Assembly (NCBI GenBank): GCA_963698025.1
Contig: OY969112.1
Location: forward strand, 6,629,101-6,693,100
Direction: 5' to 3'
Length of the DNA stretch: 64,000 nucleotides
From: an uncultured Acidobacteriota bacterium
GTDB lineage: Bacteria > Acidobacteriota > Thermoanaerobaculia > Multivoradales > UBA5704
Shown here one piece after another: positions 19,990 through 27,052 of the stretch. The notes below the pieces were generated by a model. It was not told the origin of the DNA, ran no database searches, and was given only the letters and a program-made list of their open reading frames with translations. A program made the translations under genes and the position numbers. Position 1 is the first letter of the stretch; each line of letters begins with the position of its first letter.

Positions 19990-20059
19990 GAGCGCGTCTA
20001 CGTTTCTGTCTTGCTGGTCTCCCCTCTCCCGGGTCGGGAGAGGGGCCGGGGGTGAGGGT
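19921..20059. repeat. Composite palindromic (REP/MITE-like) element, copy A
   Basis: ccctcatcaccccggccctcttctcccg-acc-cgggagaagagggg ... cccctctcccgg-gtc-gggagaggggccgggggtgagggt. The outer arms tcaccccggccc / gggccgggggtga are inverted repeats. The 28-nt left end is identical to copy B at 51134. Confidence 0.6.
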
Positions 20060-20081
20060 CCGAGCGGGGGGGGCCAGCTCC

Positions 20082-20363
20082 CTACCCTTCGGCCATCCCC
20101 TCCCGATGCTCCGGGTGGTTCTTGAGGTAGCTCTGGATATACGGGCAGCTGGGCAGGAACTTGGCCCCCTGCCGCTTGATCTCCTCCAGCGCCCCGCCGA
20201 CCAGCTGCTCGGCGACGCCGTGGCCGCGCAGCTCCTCGGGGACGAAGGTGTGCAGGAGGTTGTAGACCCCGCCCGTCTTCTCGTACTCGATCACCGCCTC
20301 ACGGCCGTCCACGTCGGCGTAGAACTTGTTCGCCTTCTCGTCGTTCTTCACTTCCAGGCTCAT
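20082..20363 (-). CDS. Small GNAT-family acetyltransferase (YjdJ/Acetyltransf_CG type, 93 aa)
   Basis: KFYADVDGREAVIEYEKTGGVYNLLHTFVPEELRGHGVAEQLV...FLPSCPYIQSYLKNHPEH is collinear with the ~90-aa GNAT family. Confidence 0.75.
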   Translation of the reverse strand: MSLEVKNDEKANKFYADVDGREAVIEYEKTGGVYNLLHTFVPEELRGHGVAEQLVGGALEEIKRQGAKFLPSCPYIQSYLKNHPEHREGMAEG

Positions 20364-20412
20364 CGTTGCCTCCTCTCCGCCGCGAGAAGAGTATCGTAGA
20401 TCCCTCCGAGGC

Positions 20413-21396
20413 TCATCGCCGGCGCTCGCGGGCGCGGACGGCCGTATCGGAGAAGTCGCTGAACAGGCCGTCCACGCCGATGGAGAAGAACTGGCCGTAC
20501 TCCCGCTCCGGATCGCCCTCGTATTCCGCGGCGAGGAAGGAGCCGTCGCTGCGGAACGTCCACGGATGGACGAGGAGCCCGGCGCGGTGGGCGTCCTCGA
20601 CGAGCGAGGTGGGGGGGAGGAGCCGGCCGCCGGGACCCGCGGGGACGATCATGCGCTTGTTCGGGCCGATGCCGTCGGCGTAGGTGGCGATCTCCGCGAG
20701 CCCGGCCGGAGTGGCGAGATCGCGATACGTCCGGGAGTCGCCCGCGACGGTGAAATCCCACGGCTGACCCTCGGCCTCGAGGAGTTGGATCAATGGGAGA
20801 TCGGTCAGCTTCCGCAGCTCCCTCAGGTTTCCCACCTCGAAGGACTGGATGTAGACCGCCGCTGTCCGGCCACGGTACCCCTCATCCGCCAAAGCGCTGA
20901 GCAGCGGCTCTTCGAGCGGGATTCCGAGCGAGCGGAAGTAGCTGGGGTGCTTGGTCTCGGGGTAGACGCCGATCGTCCGTCCGGTCTCATCGCTCTTCCG
21001 GCGCGCGAGCTCGAGGACCTCGGCGAAGGTGGGCACCTCGAACCGATCATTGAAAGCCTGGTCGCGAAACGGCAGCCGCTCCCTGGCCCGCAGCGTCTTG
21101 ATCTCAGCGAGCGTGAAGTCCTCGGTAAACCAGCCGGCGACCTCGTGGCCGTCGATCTCTTTGACCGCCCTTCGCGCCGCGAATTCCTGACGGCCGGCGA
21201 CGTCGGTGGTCTCCGAGATCTCGTTCTCGTGGCGGGCGATCAGGACGCCGTCCTTCGTCGCGACCAGATCGGGCTCGATGAAGTCGGCGCCCATCCCGAT
21301 CGCCAGCTCGTACGACGCCAGCGTGTGCTCGGGCCGGTAGCCGCTGGCGCCGCGGTGGGCGATGACGATGGGATGAATGGCCGTGCTCACCTTCAA
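20413..21396 (-). CDS. Glycerophosphodiester phosphodiesterase (GlpQ/UgpQ family)
   Basis: IVIAHRGASGYRPEHTLASYELAI...EPDLV...E... ; GDPD domain throughout. TTG start. No signal peptide, which would favour a UgpQ-like protein. Confidence 0.85.
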   Translation of the reverse strand: MKVSTAIHPIVIAHRGASGYRPEHTLASYELAIGMGADFIEPDLVATKDGVLIARHENEISETTDVAGRQEFAARRAVKEIDGHEVAGWFTEDFTLAEIKTLRARERLPFRDQAFNDRFEVPTFAEVLELARRKSDETGRTIGVYPETKHPSYFRSLGIPLEEPLLSALADEGYRGRTAAVYIQSFEVGNLRELRKLTDLPLIQLLEAEGQPWDFTVAGDSRTYRDLATPAGLAEIATYADGIGPNKRMIVPAGPGGRLLPPTSLVEDAHRAGLLVHPWTFRSDGSFLAAEYEGDPEREYGQFFSIGVDGLFSDFSDTAVRARERRR

Positions 21397-21402
21397 GGCG
21401 GC

Positions 21403-21819
21403 TCAGAGAAGGAAATCTTCCAGGCTCTTGCCGACGATCAGGCCGGAGATGGGCTTGAAGTGGCGATCGTAAGTGAAGAGACCGAGGTCGTGACGGAGAG
21501 CAGAGGCGGCAATCCACATATCGTTGGTGGGGATAGGACGGCCCAGGCGTCTCAGCTCGATGTAGATCCTTGCGTAGTGCTCGGCGGTCCGCTCATCTAC
21601 GAGGAATCGCTGTACTCGGTTGGAAGAGCAGAATTCCTCGAACTGCTGCCGATTCCATGCTTCTCGCGTCCCGGCAGCAAACCCGCCGAGCAATTCTCCG
21701 GTGACGATGCTATCGAGTCCGATGAGTGGCGCGTGCTTGAGGATCTCCAGAGCCTCGGATCTACCCTGCTTGAACGCGGTATAGGCGTTGCTGTCGAGCA
21801 GGACGCTTTTCACCGCCAA
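21403..21819 (-). CDS. vapC: PIN-domain toxin VapC
   Basis: VLLDSNAYTAF...GELL...NDMWIAASA...TYDRHF carries the PIN acidic residues. Overlaps the upstream antitoxin gene by 10 nt. Confidence 0.75.
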   Translation of the reverse strand: MAVKSVLLDSNAYTAFKQGRSEALEILKHAPLIGLDSIVTGELLGGFAAGTREAWNRQQFEEFCSSNRVQRFLVDERTAEHYARIYIELRRLGRPIPTNDMWIAASALRHDLGLFTYDRHFKPISGLIVGKSLEDFLL

Positions 21820-22091
21820 AGCTCTTCGTCCACCTGCCTGAAACTCGCCGTCGCCTTATCGAATTCGGCGGCGTCCTCCTCGCTCCAGGTTCCCGCCAAG
21901 GCATCCAGATCGTGATGGACGGGGAGTTGCTCTTTCTTGAGCTCCAGATCGATTCCCCGATGAATCAGGTGGAGCACGATCTCTTCCCTGTCGATGCCAC
22001 GCTGAGACGCCTGCTCCTCAATCCACTCCGCGCTCGCGTCGTCAAGGTGATGAATGGTGATTGGGTCGTTCACAGTCACCTCCGGATTCAT
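21810..22091 (-). CDS. VapB/FitA-like ribbon-helix-helix antitoxin
   Basis: Start at internal Met 23 (MNPEVTVNDPITIHHLDDASAEWIEEQASQRGIDREEIVLHLI...), a beta-strand/helix RHH pattern. It sits immediately upstream of vapC and overlaps it. Confidence 0.6.
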   Translation of the reverse strand: MNPEVTVNDPITIHHLDDASAEWIEEQASQRGIDREEIVLHLIHRGIDLELKKEQLPVHHDLDALAGTWSEEDAAEFDKATASFRQVDEELWR

Positions 22092-22092
22092 G

Positions 22093-22695
22093 TTAGCAGA
22101 GCCCCGCCATCCGCTCGTAATCCTCCGGCGTATCGACGTCCTGCACCACCCCCGCATCCTCGACCTCGATCTCCAGCAACTCCGCCGCGTGCCGGTCCCG
22201 CAACTGCCTCAGGCCCACGTTCGGATCGAGCGTGTCGATCTCGGGGATCAGCGCCGGGGCGATCGCCAGCGGGTGGCCGTGCTTGCCGTGGAAGACGGGC
22301 TGGGCGATCGGCGCGCCGGATTCGCGCATGCGGCGGAGCAGCCCGGCGACCGTCCCGGCCTCCAGGTTGGGGAGATCGGCGGGGGAGACGAGGAGGATCG
22401 AGCCGCGCCGGGCCAGCTCCGCGGCTCCACCCAGCGCGGCGACCCCCTCACGGATGGTGGAGAGCATGCCGCGCTCCGGCTCGGGGTTCACCGCGCTCGC
22501 GATGCCGGCCCGTCTCGCCCAGCCCCGCAACTCCTCGTCCTTCGGAGCGGTCACCAGGACGATCTCGTCCACGCCGCCGCCGAGCAGGGCGTTCACCACG
22601 CCGGCCACCAGCGGGCCCGCCTTGAAAGGGAGCAGCAGCTTGGGCCGGCCCATCCGGCGCGAGGCGCCGGCGGCGGGGAGGACGGCGACCGTCAT
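22093..22695 (-). CDS. MobA/MocA-like molybdenum-cofactor nucleotidyltransferase (NTP_transf_3)
   Basis: MTVAVLPAAGASRRMGRPKLLLPF...VDEIVLV...RGMLSTIREG...LLVSPADLP. Start at ATG 22695, which overlaps the upstream GNAT stop by 4 nt. The ORF-track upstream extension to 23847 is rejected. Confidence 0.7.
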   Translation of the reverse strand: MTVAVLPAAGASRRMGRPKLLLPFKAGPLVAGVVNALLGGGVDEIVLVTAPKDEELRGWARRAGIASAVNPEPERGMLSTIREGVAALGGAAELARRGSILLVSPADLPNLEAGTVAGLLRRMRESGAPIAQPVFHGKHGHPLAIAPALIPEIDTLDPNVGLRQLRDRHAAELLEIEVEDAGVVQDVDTPEDYERMAGLC

Positions 22696-23255
22696 GGCTC
22701 GCGGCTCCAGGCGATCGCCCGGTAGGGAGAACCGTCGACGGGGAGCTCTCCGCGCGAGATCCCGTAGCGCGCGGCTTCGAGGCCGAGAAACTCGAACGTT
22801 CCCTCGAACCGCATGCCGATCTTTTCGAGCACGCGGCGGGAGGCGAGGTTGTCCACCTTGGCCGCCGCCATGATGGAGTCCAGCCCGAGCTGCTCGAAAC
22901 CGAAGCGCAGGCTGGCGCGGGCTCCTTCGGTGGCGAACCCCCGCCCCCACCAGGAACGGCCGAGGGCGTAGAAGACCTCGATCTCGGTTGAGTCGAGCCA
23001 ATAGCGCACGCCGCAGTGGCCGATGACCTCGTCGTCCTCCTTGTGCACCACGATCCAGGGACCGAAGCCGTGATGCTCCCAGGGTTCCATCAGGACGTGA
23101 TAGATCCGGGCGTCGAACGCTTCGCGGGGGACCGGCTGGCCGGACGGCAGAGCCCGCGTGACTTCCGGGTCCGCGAAGATCCGCTCGTAATAGACGTCGA
23201 GATCCTCCGGCTCCAGGGGGCGCAGATAGAGGCGCTCGGTTTCGACGTCGTACAT
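22692..23255 (-). CDS. GNAT family N-acetyltransferase
   Basis: ERLYLRPLEPEDLDVYYERIFADPEV...GHCGVRYW...ALGRSWWGRGFATEGARASLRFGFEQLGL... Confidence 0.8.
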   Translation of the reverse strand: MYDVETERLYLRPLEPEDLDVYYERIFADPEVTRALPSGQPVPREAFDARIYHVLMEPWEHHGFGPWIVVHKEDDEVIGHCGVRYWLDSTEIEVFYALGRSWWGRGFATEGARASLRFGFEQLGLDSIMAAAKVDNLASRRVLEKIGMRFEGTFEFLGLEAARYGISRGELPVDGSPYRAIAWSREP

Positions 23256-23273
23256 GAGCGTCTAGTCCGGCCT

Positions 23274-24932
23274 CTAGCCTGGCGATCGCCGGACCAGGAC
23301 GAGCGTCCGGTCGTCCGCGAAGGGGACGCCGCGGGCGAACTCCTCCATATCGCGCGTGAGGATTCCGGCCAGAGCCGTGCAGGCCTCGGCGCGGCCGCAC
23401 AGGCAGACCTCCCGGAGGCGGTCCAGGCCGTACTCGTTCGCCTCCGGATCGGCGGCCTCGACGAGCCCGTCGGTGTAGAGGACGAGGATGTCCCCGGGGC
23501 CGAGCGTCGTCTCGCCGGCTCTGTAGGTCGCCTGTGGGAGGAGGCCGAGGGGGACCCCCGTCGATCCCAGCTCCTCGGCCGTGCCCTCGGCGCGCAGGAC
23601 GAGCGGCGGGTTGTGGCCGGCGTTCGTGTAGCGCAGCCGGCCGGTGGCCGTCTCCAGGATGCCGAGGAACGCCGTGGCGTACTTCTCGGGGGGCGTGCGG
23701 CGGTAGAGCTGGCGCGAGAGGCGGGCGCAGATCTCGTCCGGCGGCAGGCCGTCCTCGATCGGACCGGCCGAGAGGGCCTGGAGGGAGACGGTGAGCAGGG
23801 AGGCGGCCATCCCCTTGCCGGAGACGTCGGCCACCATCAGCACGCATTCGCGACCCTCGCTACGGGTGACGACCTCGTAATAATCCCCCGAGACGCCGCG
23901 CGACGGGATGTTGCCGCCGTAGAGCTCCCAGCCGGGAACCTCCGGCAGGTGGTCGGGGAGGAGGGCCACCTGAATCCGTCGCGCGAGGGCGAGCTCCTCC
24001 TGGAGCCGGCGGCGTTCGGCAGCGTCCATCGCCAGGGCGAGATTGCGCAGATGGAGGGCCGCGACCGCGGCGAGCGAGACCAGGAGCTCCAGATCCTCTT
24101 CCGAGAACTGGCGGACGCCGGCCCGGGATTCGAGGACGATCAGGCCGAGCGACCCCTCCGGATCGAGAAGGGGAGCGGCGATCAGGCTGCGGATGCCGGA
24201 GAGGAGCATACTTTGGGCGGCGGAGAATCGCGCATCCGACTGGACGTCGAACACGATGGCGGCCATCCCCTTTTCGGCGACCTCGCGAACCAGGCTGCGC
24301 GAGAACGCGAGCCCCTCCGAGCCGCCAAGGGAGGAGCGGTTGGCGGCCGGCCGGTAGCCGCCGTCCTTCTCCTTGAGCAGGATGGCGCCGCGGTCGGGAC
24401 GGAGGTGGTCGAAAGCACGGTCGAGGATCAGCTCCAGCAGCTCCTCCAGGGTGAGCGAGCGGCCGAGCGCCTGATGGACCTCGTTGAGCAGCTTGAGACG
24501 TTCCGCGTAGCGCCGGAGATCGGCGGCGCTGGCGGCGGCCGGCGCGCTCTGCCGGTCGAGCAGGTCCGAGGCGCGGCGAAAGACCGTGCCGTCGAGAAAA
24601 TCGTCCTCGGGCTCCGGAGCCTTGGCCGGGGCGTCCGCCAGGACGGTGAGCACGCTGTTGGAGATCCTGACCACGTCCCCCGGCCGCACCTGAGTCGCCT
24701 GCTGGATCGCCTTGCCGTTGACGAGCGTCCCATTGCGCGACCCGAGATCCTCGACGAAGAGATCGGTACCCGTCCGGAAGAACCGCGAGTGCCGGCGCGA
24801 GAGGAAGGGATCAGCGAGCGTGAGGTCCGCGTCCAGGGCCCGGCCGACGACGAGGGCCTCGCCGCGCAGCGGGTAGTCGAAGGGAGCGCCTTCGGCGGGG
24901 GTGATTTGCAGGCGTAGGGTCGGGGTGTCCAC
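23274..24932 (-). CDS. FHA-GAF-PP2C (SpoIIE/RsbU-type) serine phosphatase
   Basis: N-terminal FHA (GRALDADLTLADPFLSRRHSRF...SRNGTLVNG), a central GAF domain, and a C-terminal PP2C (GVSGDYYEV...VADVSGKGMAASL...YTDGLVEA). Confidence 0.85.
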   Translation of the reverse strand: MDTPTLRLQITPAEGAPFDYPLRGEALVVGRALDADLTLADPFLSRRHSRFFRTGTDLFVEDLGSRNGTLVNGKAIQQATQVRPGDVVRISNSVLTVLADAPAKAPEPEDDFLDGTVFRRASDLLDRQSAPAAASAADLRRYAERLKLLNEVHQALGRSLTLEELLELILDRAFDHLRPDRGAILLKEKDGGYRPAANRSSLGGSEGLAFSRSLVREVAEKGMAAIVFDVQSDARFSAAQSMLLSGIRSLIAAPLLDPEGSLGLIVLESRAGVRQFSEEDLELLVSLAAVAALHLRNLALAMDAAERRRLQEELALARRIQVALLPDHLPEVPGWELYGGNIPSRGVSGDYYEVVTRSEGRECVLMVADVSGKGMAASLLTVSLQALSAGPIEDGLPPDEICARLSRQLYRRTPPEKYATAFLGILETATGRLRYTNAGHNPPLVLRAEGTAEELGSTGVPLGLLPQATYRAGETTLGPGDILVLYTDGLVEAADPEANEYGLDRLREVCLCGRAEACTALAGILTRDMEEFARGVPFADDRTLVLVRRSPG

Positions 24933-25031
24933 GGAGAGCCTCAGAGGGCCAGCGTATCAAAGCCGGGATGGGGGAGCCATCTTCCCTCTGGCATTGAGAG
25001 TGGGCTCTGCGGAAGGCCCAGCGGGCCGTCT

Positions 25032-25125
25032 TTCCTCAGCCCAGGGCATCGCCCTGGGATTGAATCCGATGGACCATGCCACGTGCCTCTTTAAAAATTC
25101 AGATGCGGCCTGAAGGGCCGCGCTG
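25032..25125. repeat. Dispersed hairpin-forming repeat, copy 1 (second copy at 32293..32364)
   Basis: Block i: ttcctcagcccagggcatcgccctggg, containing the hairpin cccaggg-catcg-ccctggg. Block ii: gatgcggcctgaagggccgcgctgg. Both blocks recur with the same order and spacing class at 32293-32364. Confidence 0.45.
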
Positions 25126-25263
25126 GCATGAAACCAAGGGACTGGTTATCGCGCCCCGTCAGGGCGCGGTGCGGTGTTACCTCCTCCTTGACCCAGCCCG
25201 TTGGGCTGGGCTGAGGGAGCCCGGGCCTTTGGCCCGGACGATGCCGTAACAGAGACCAGGAAT

Positions 25264-25470
25264 CTACAGCTCGAAAGGCTCACACCCCTCGAACGTGCCT
25301 CGCCGTCGAATGATCTCCTCGAGATTGGGGATCTGCTGCGACACCCTTGTTAGCTGATTCAGCCAATCCTCTCCTCTCTTGGGACGGTTCTCCCGCAGGG
25401 CACGGATATCCTCAGGCGTGGTCGGGATATCCCTTTCGAGATTGAGGAGGTCAGGTTTTCTCGAAGTCAT
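25264..25470 (-). CDS. Hypothetical small protein (68 aa) overlapping the 3' end of the nucleotidyltransferase gene
   Basis: ATG at 25470 overlaps the last 20 nt of 25451..25981 in another frame. MTSRKPDLLNLERDIPTTPEDIRALRENRPKRGEDWLNQ... Coding-like codon usage. Sits in a low-GC islet. Confidence 0.3.
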   Translation of the reverse strand: MTSRKPDLLNLERDIPTTPEDIRALRENRPKRGEDWLNQLTRVSQQIPNLEEIIRRRGTFEGCEPFEL

Positions 25471-25981
25471 CGAACCGGTCCCGCATGCCCTGTCGATCAA
25501 AGTAATCCCTGATCTGAAGGCGGTCAACTCCCGGCAGGTTCAAGAGAAACCGGACATCCGCCATGTCCTGGAACGCTCGCGCCGGATCGTTCTTCATCGC
25601 CGTGATCTTCAACGCAGCCAGATGCTCGGGCGTCGGCACGCGAATCTGAAGGCCACTCGGACCTGTCGTGGTCCTGCACGCGGCAAAGAGCTCCTGACTC
25701 GTTTCGCCACTTACGTAAACGAAATCGAGACTTCCCCAGAGTAGCAGGTCGGGATGGACATGGTTCGAATAACCGCTGGATCTGTGGAGCGTCTTATACC
25801 CATGAGATTCCAGGAACCGGATCAGATCGTCCTGGGCCGAGAATTCGACGATGAAGTCGAGATCCAGGGTCGTCCGTGGCAGTCCATAGGCAATGAGCGC
25901 CACGCCGCCGATCACGGCATAGCGGAATCCTTTTTCTTCAATAAAACCCGAGACGACGCCGAGGACGGTAGCGAAATCCAA
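25451..25981 (-). CDS. Minimal nucleotidyltransferase-fold protein (Pol-beta superfamily)
   Basis: AVIGGVALIAYGLPRTTLDLDFIV is the G[GS]x9-13DxD NTase motif. 176 aa. Lower GC than the flanks. Confidence 0.55.
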   Translation of the reverse strand: MDFATVLGVVSGFIEEKGFRYAVIGGVALIAYGLPRTTLDLDFIVEFSAQDDLIRFLESHGYKTLHRSSGYSNHVHPDLLLWGSLDFVYVSGETSQELFAACRTTTGPSGLQIRVPTPEHLAALKITAMKNDPARAFQDMADVRFLLNLPGVDRLQIRDYFDRQGMRDRFDDFEKT

Positions 25982-25994
25982 GAATAATCCTTCG

Positions 25995-27050
25995 CTATCC
26001 CACCACTGGCAACACCGTCCCCGCGTGCTTCGGCGCCAGCCGCCCGGGATCCAGCCCGGCGACGTCGCAGAGCGCCGCTTCCGTGTAGCGCTGGACCATG
26101 GTGCCGCGCCACTGGGTCTGGAAATCGGTGTTGTCCATTGGAGTCGCGACCTTGCGGGTGAGCTTCGCGGCCTGGGCGATCGTCTCGCGGTCGAGCTTCT
26201 TGCCGAGCAGGAAGTCGGCGCTCTCCTGGGCGGCCAGCGGCCGGGAGGAGACGGCCCCGAGATAGATCCTCGCCTTCTCGACCGTGCCGTCCGGCGCGGT
26301 CCAGATGGCGGCGGCGGCGGAGAGGACGGCGAAGTCGATCGAGCCGCGGCGGCGGAGCTTCCAGAAGGAAGAACGGCAGCGGCCGGCGGTGGCGTCGGCC
26401 GGGAGGTAGAGGCCGGTCAGGATCTCGTCCGGCCGCTTGGCGAGATACTGGATGCCGTCGTCCCGGTAGAGATCGTCGATCGGGATCACCCGCTCGCCGT
26501 CTTTCGAGACCAGCTTCACCTTCGCCCCCAGGGCGCAGGCCATCGGCGCGGAATCGGTGGCGGTGTGCGCCCAGCAGCGGGGGGAGCTGGTGGCCACCCA
26601 GCAGATCTCGCCTTCCGCCTTCATGCAGTAGTCGATCGAGCGGCGCCACTCCTCGGTCTGGTTGTAGTAGGTGCAGCGGGTGTCCACACAGAGGTTGCCG
26701 CCGATCGTCCCCATGTTGCGCAGCGGGGGAGAGGAGATCGACTGCACGGCCGCCGCGAAACCGGGATAGCGCTCGCGCACGGCCGGGTGGGCGACGACGT
26801 CGTTCAGCAGCGTCGTGGCGCCGATGTGGATTTCGCCGTTGACGTCGATCCCCGCGAGGCCCGGGATGCCCATCAGGCTCACCACGGTCGTCGCCTGCTG
26901 GTGGCGGCGCTTCATGTTGGGCCAGAGGTCCGTGCCGCCGGCGACCAGGCGGACGAGCTCGCCTTCCGCGGCCCCTTCGCCGGACAACACCGACGCCGCC
27001 TCGGCGAGCGTGCCGGCGTGGACGAAGTTGAATTGCGGCAGCCGCAGCAT
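25995..27050 (-). CDS. Xanthine dehydrogenase family FAD-binding (medium) subunit
   Basis: RLVAGGTDLWPNMKRR...GATTLLNDV...NMGTIGGNLC...; CO-dehydrogenase flavoprotein C-terminal domain. Start at internal Met (MLRLPQFNF...) with a Shine-Dalgarno sequence. The ORF-track extension to 27707 overlaps the large subunit gene and is rejected. Confidence 0.85.
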   Translation of the reverse strand: MLRLPQFNFVHAGTLAEAASVLSGEGAAEGELVRLVAGGTDLWPNMKRRHQQATTVVSLMGIPGLAGIDVNGEIHIGATTLLNDVVAHPAVRERYPGFAAAVQSISSPPLRNMGTIGGNLCVDTRCTYYNQTEEWRRSIDYCMKAEGEICWVATSSPRCWAHTATDSAPMACALGAKVKLVSKDGERVIPIDDLYRDDGIQYLAKRPDEILTGLYLPADATAGRCRSSFWKLRRRGSIDFAVLSAAAAIWTAPDGTVEKARIYLGAVSSRPLAAQESADFLLGKKLDRETIAQAAKLTRKVATPMDNTDFQTQWRGTMVQRYTEAALCDVAGLDPGRLAPKHAGTVLPVVG

Positions 27051-27052
27051 GG

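Noticed and set aside
22696-23847. N-terminal 384 codons of ORF 22093..23847
   Set aside because: Only the last 200 codons (22093..22695) have MobA-like homology and a proper start. The upstream part overlaps the GNAT and PP2C genes on the same strand in other frames.
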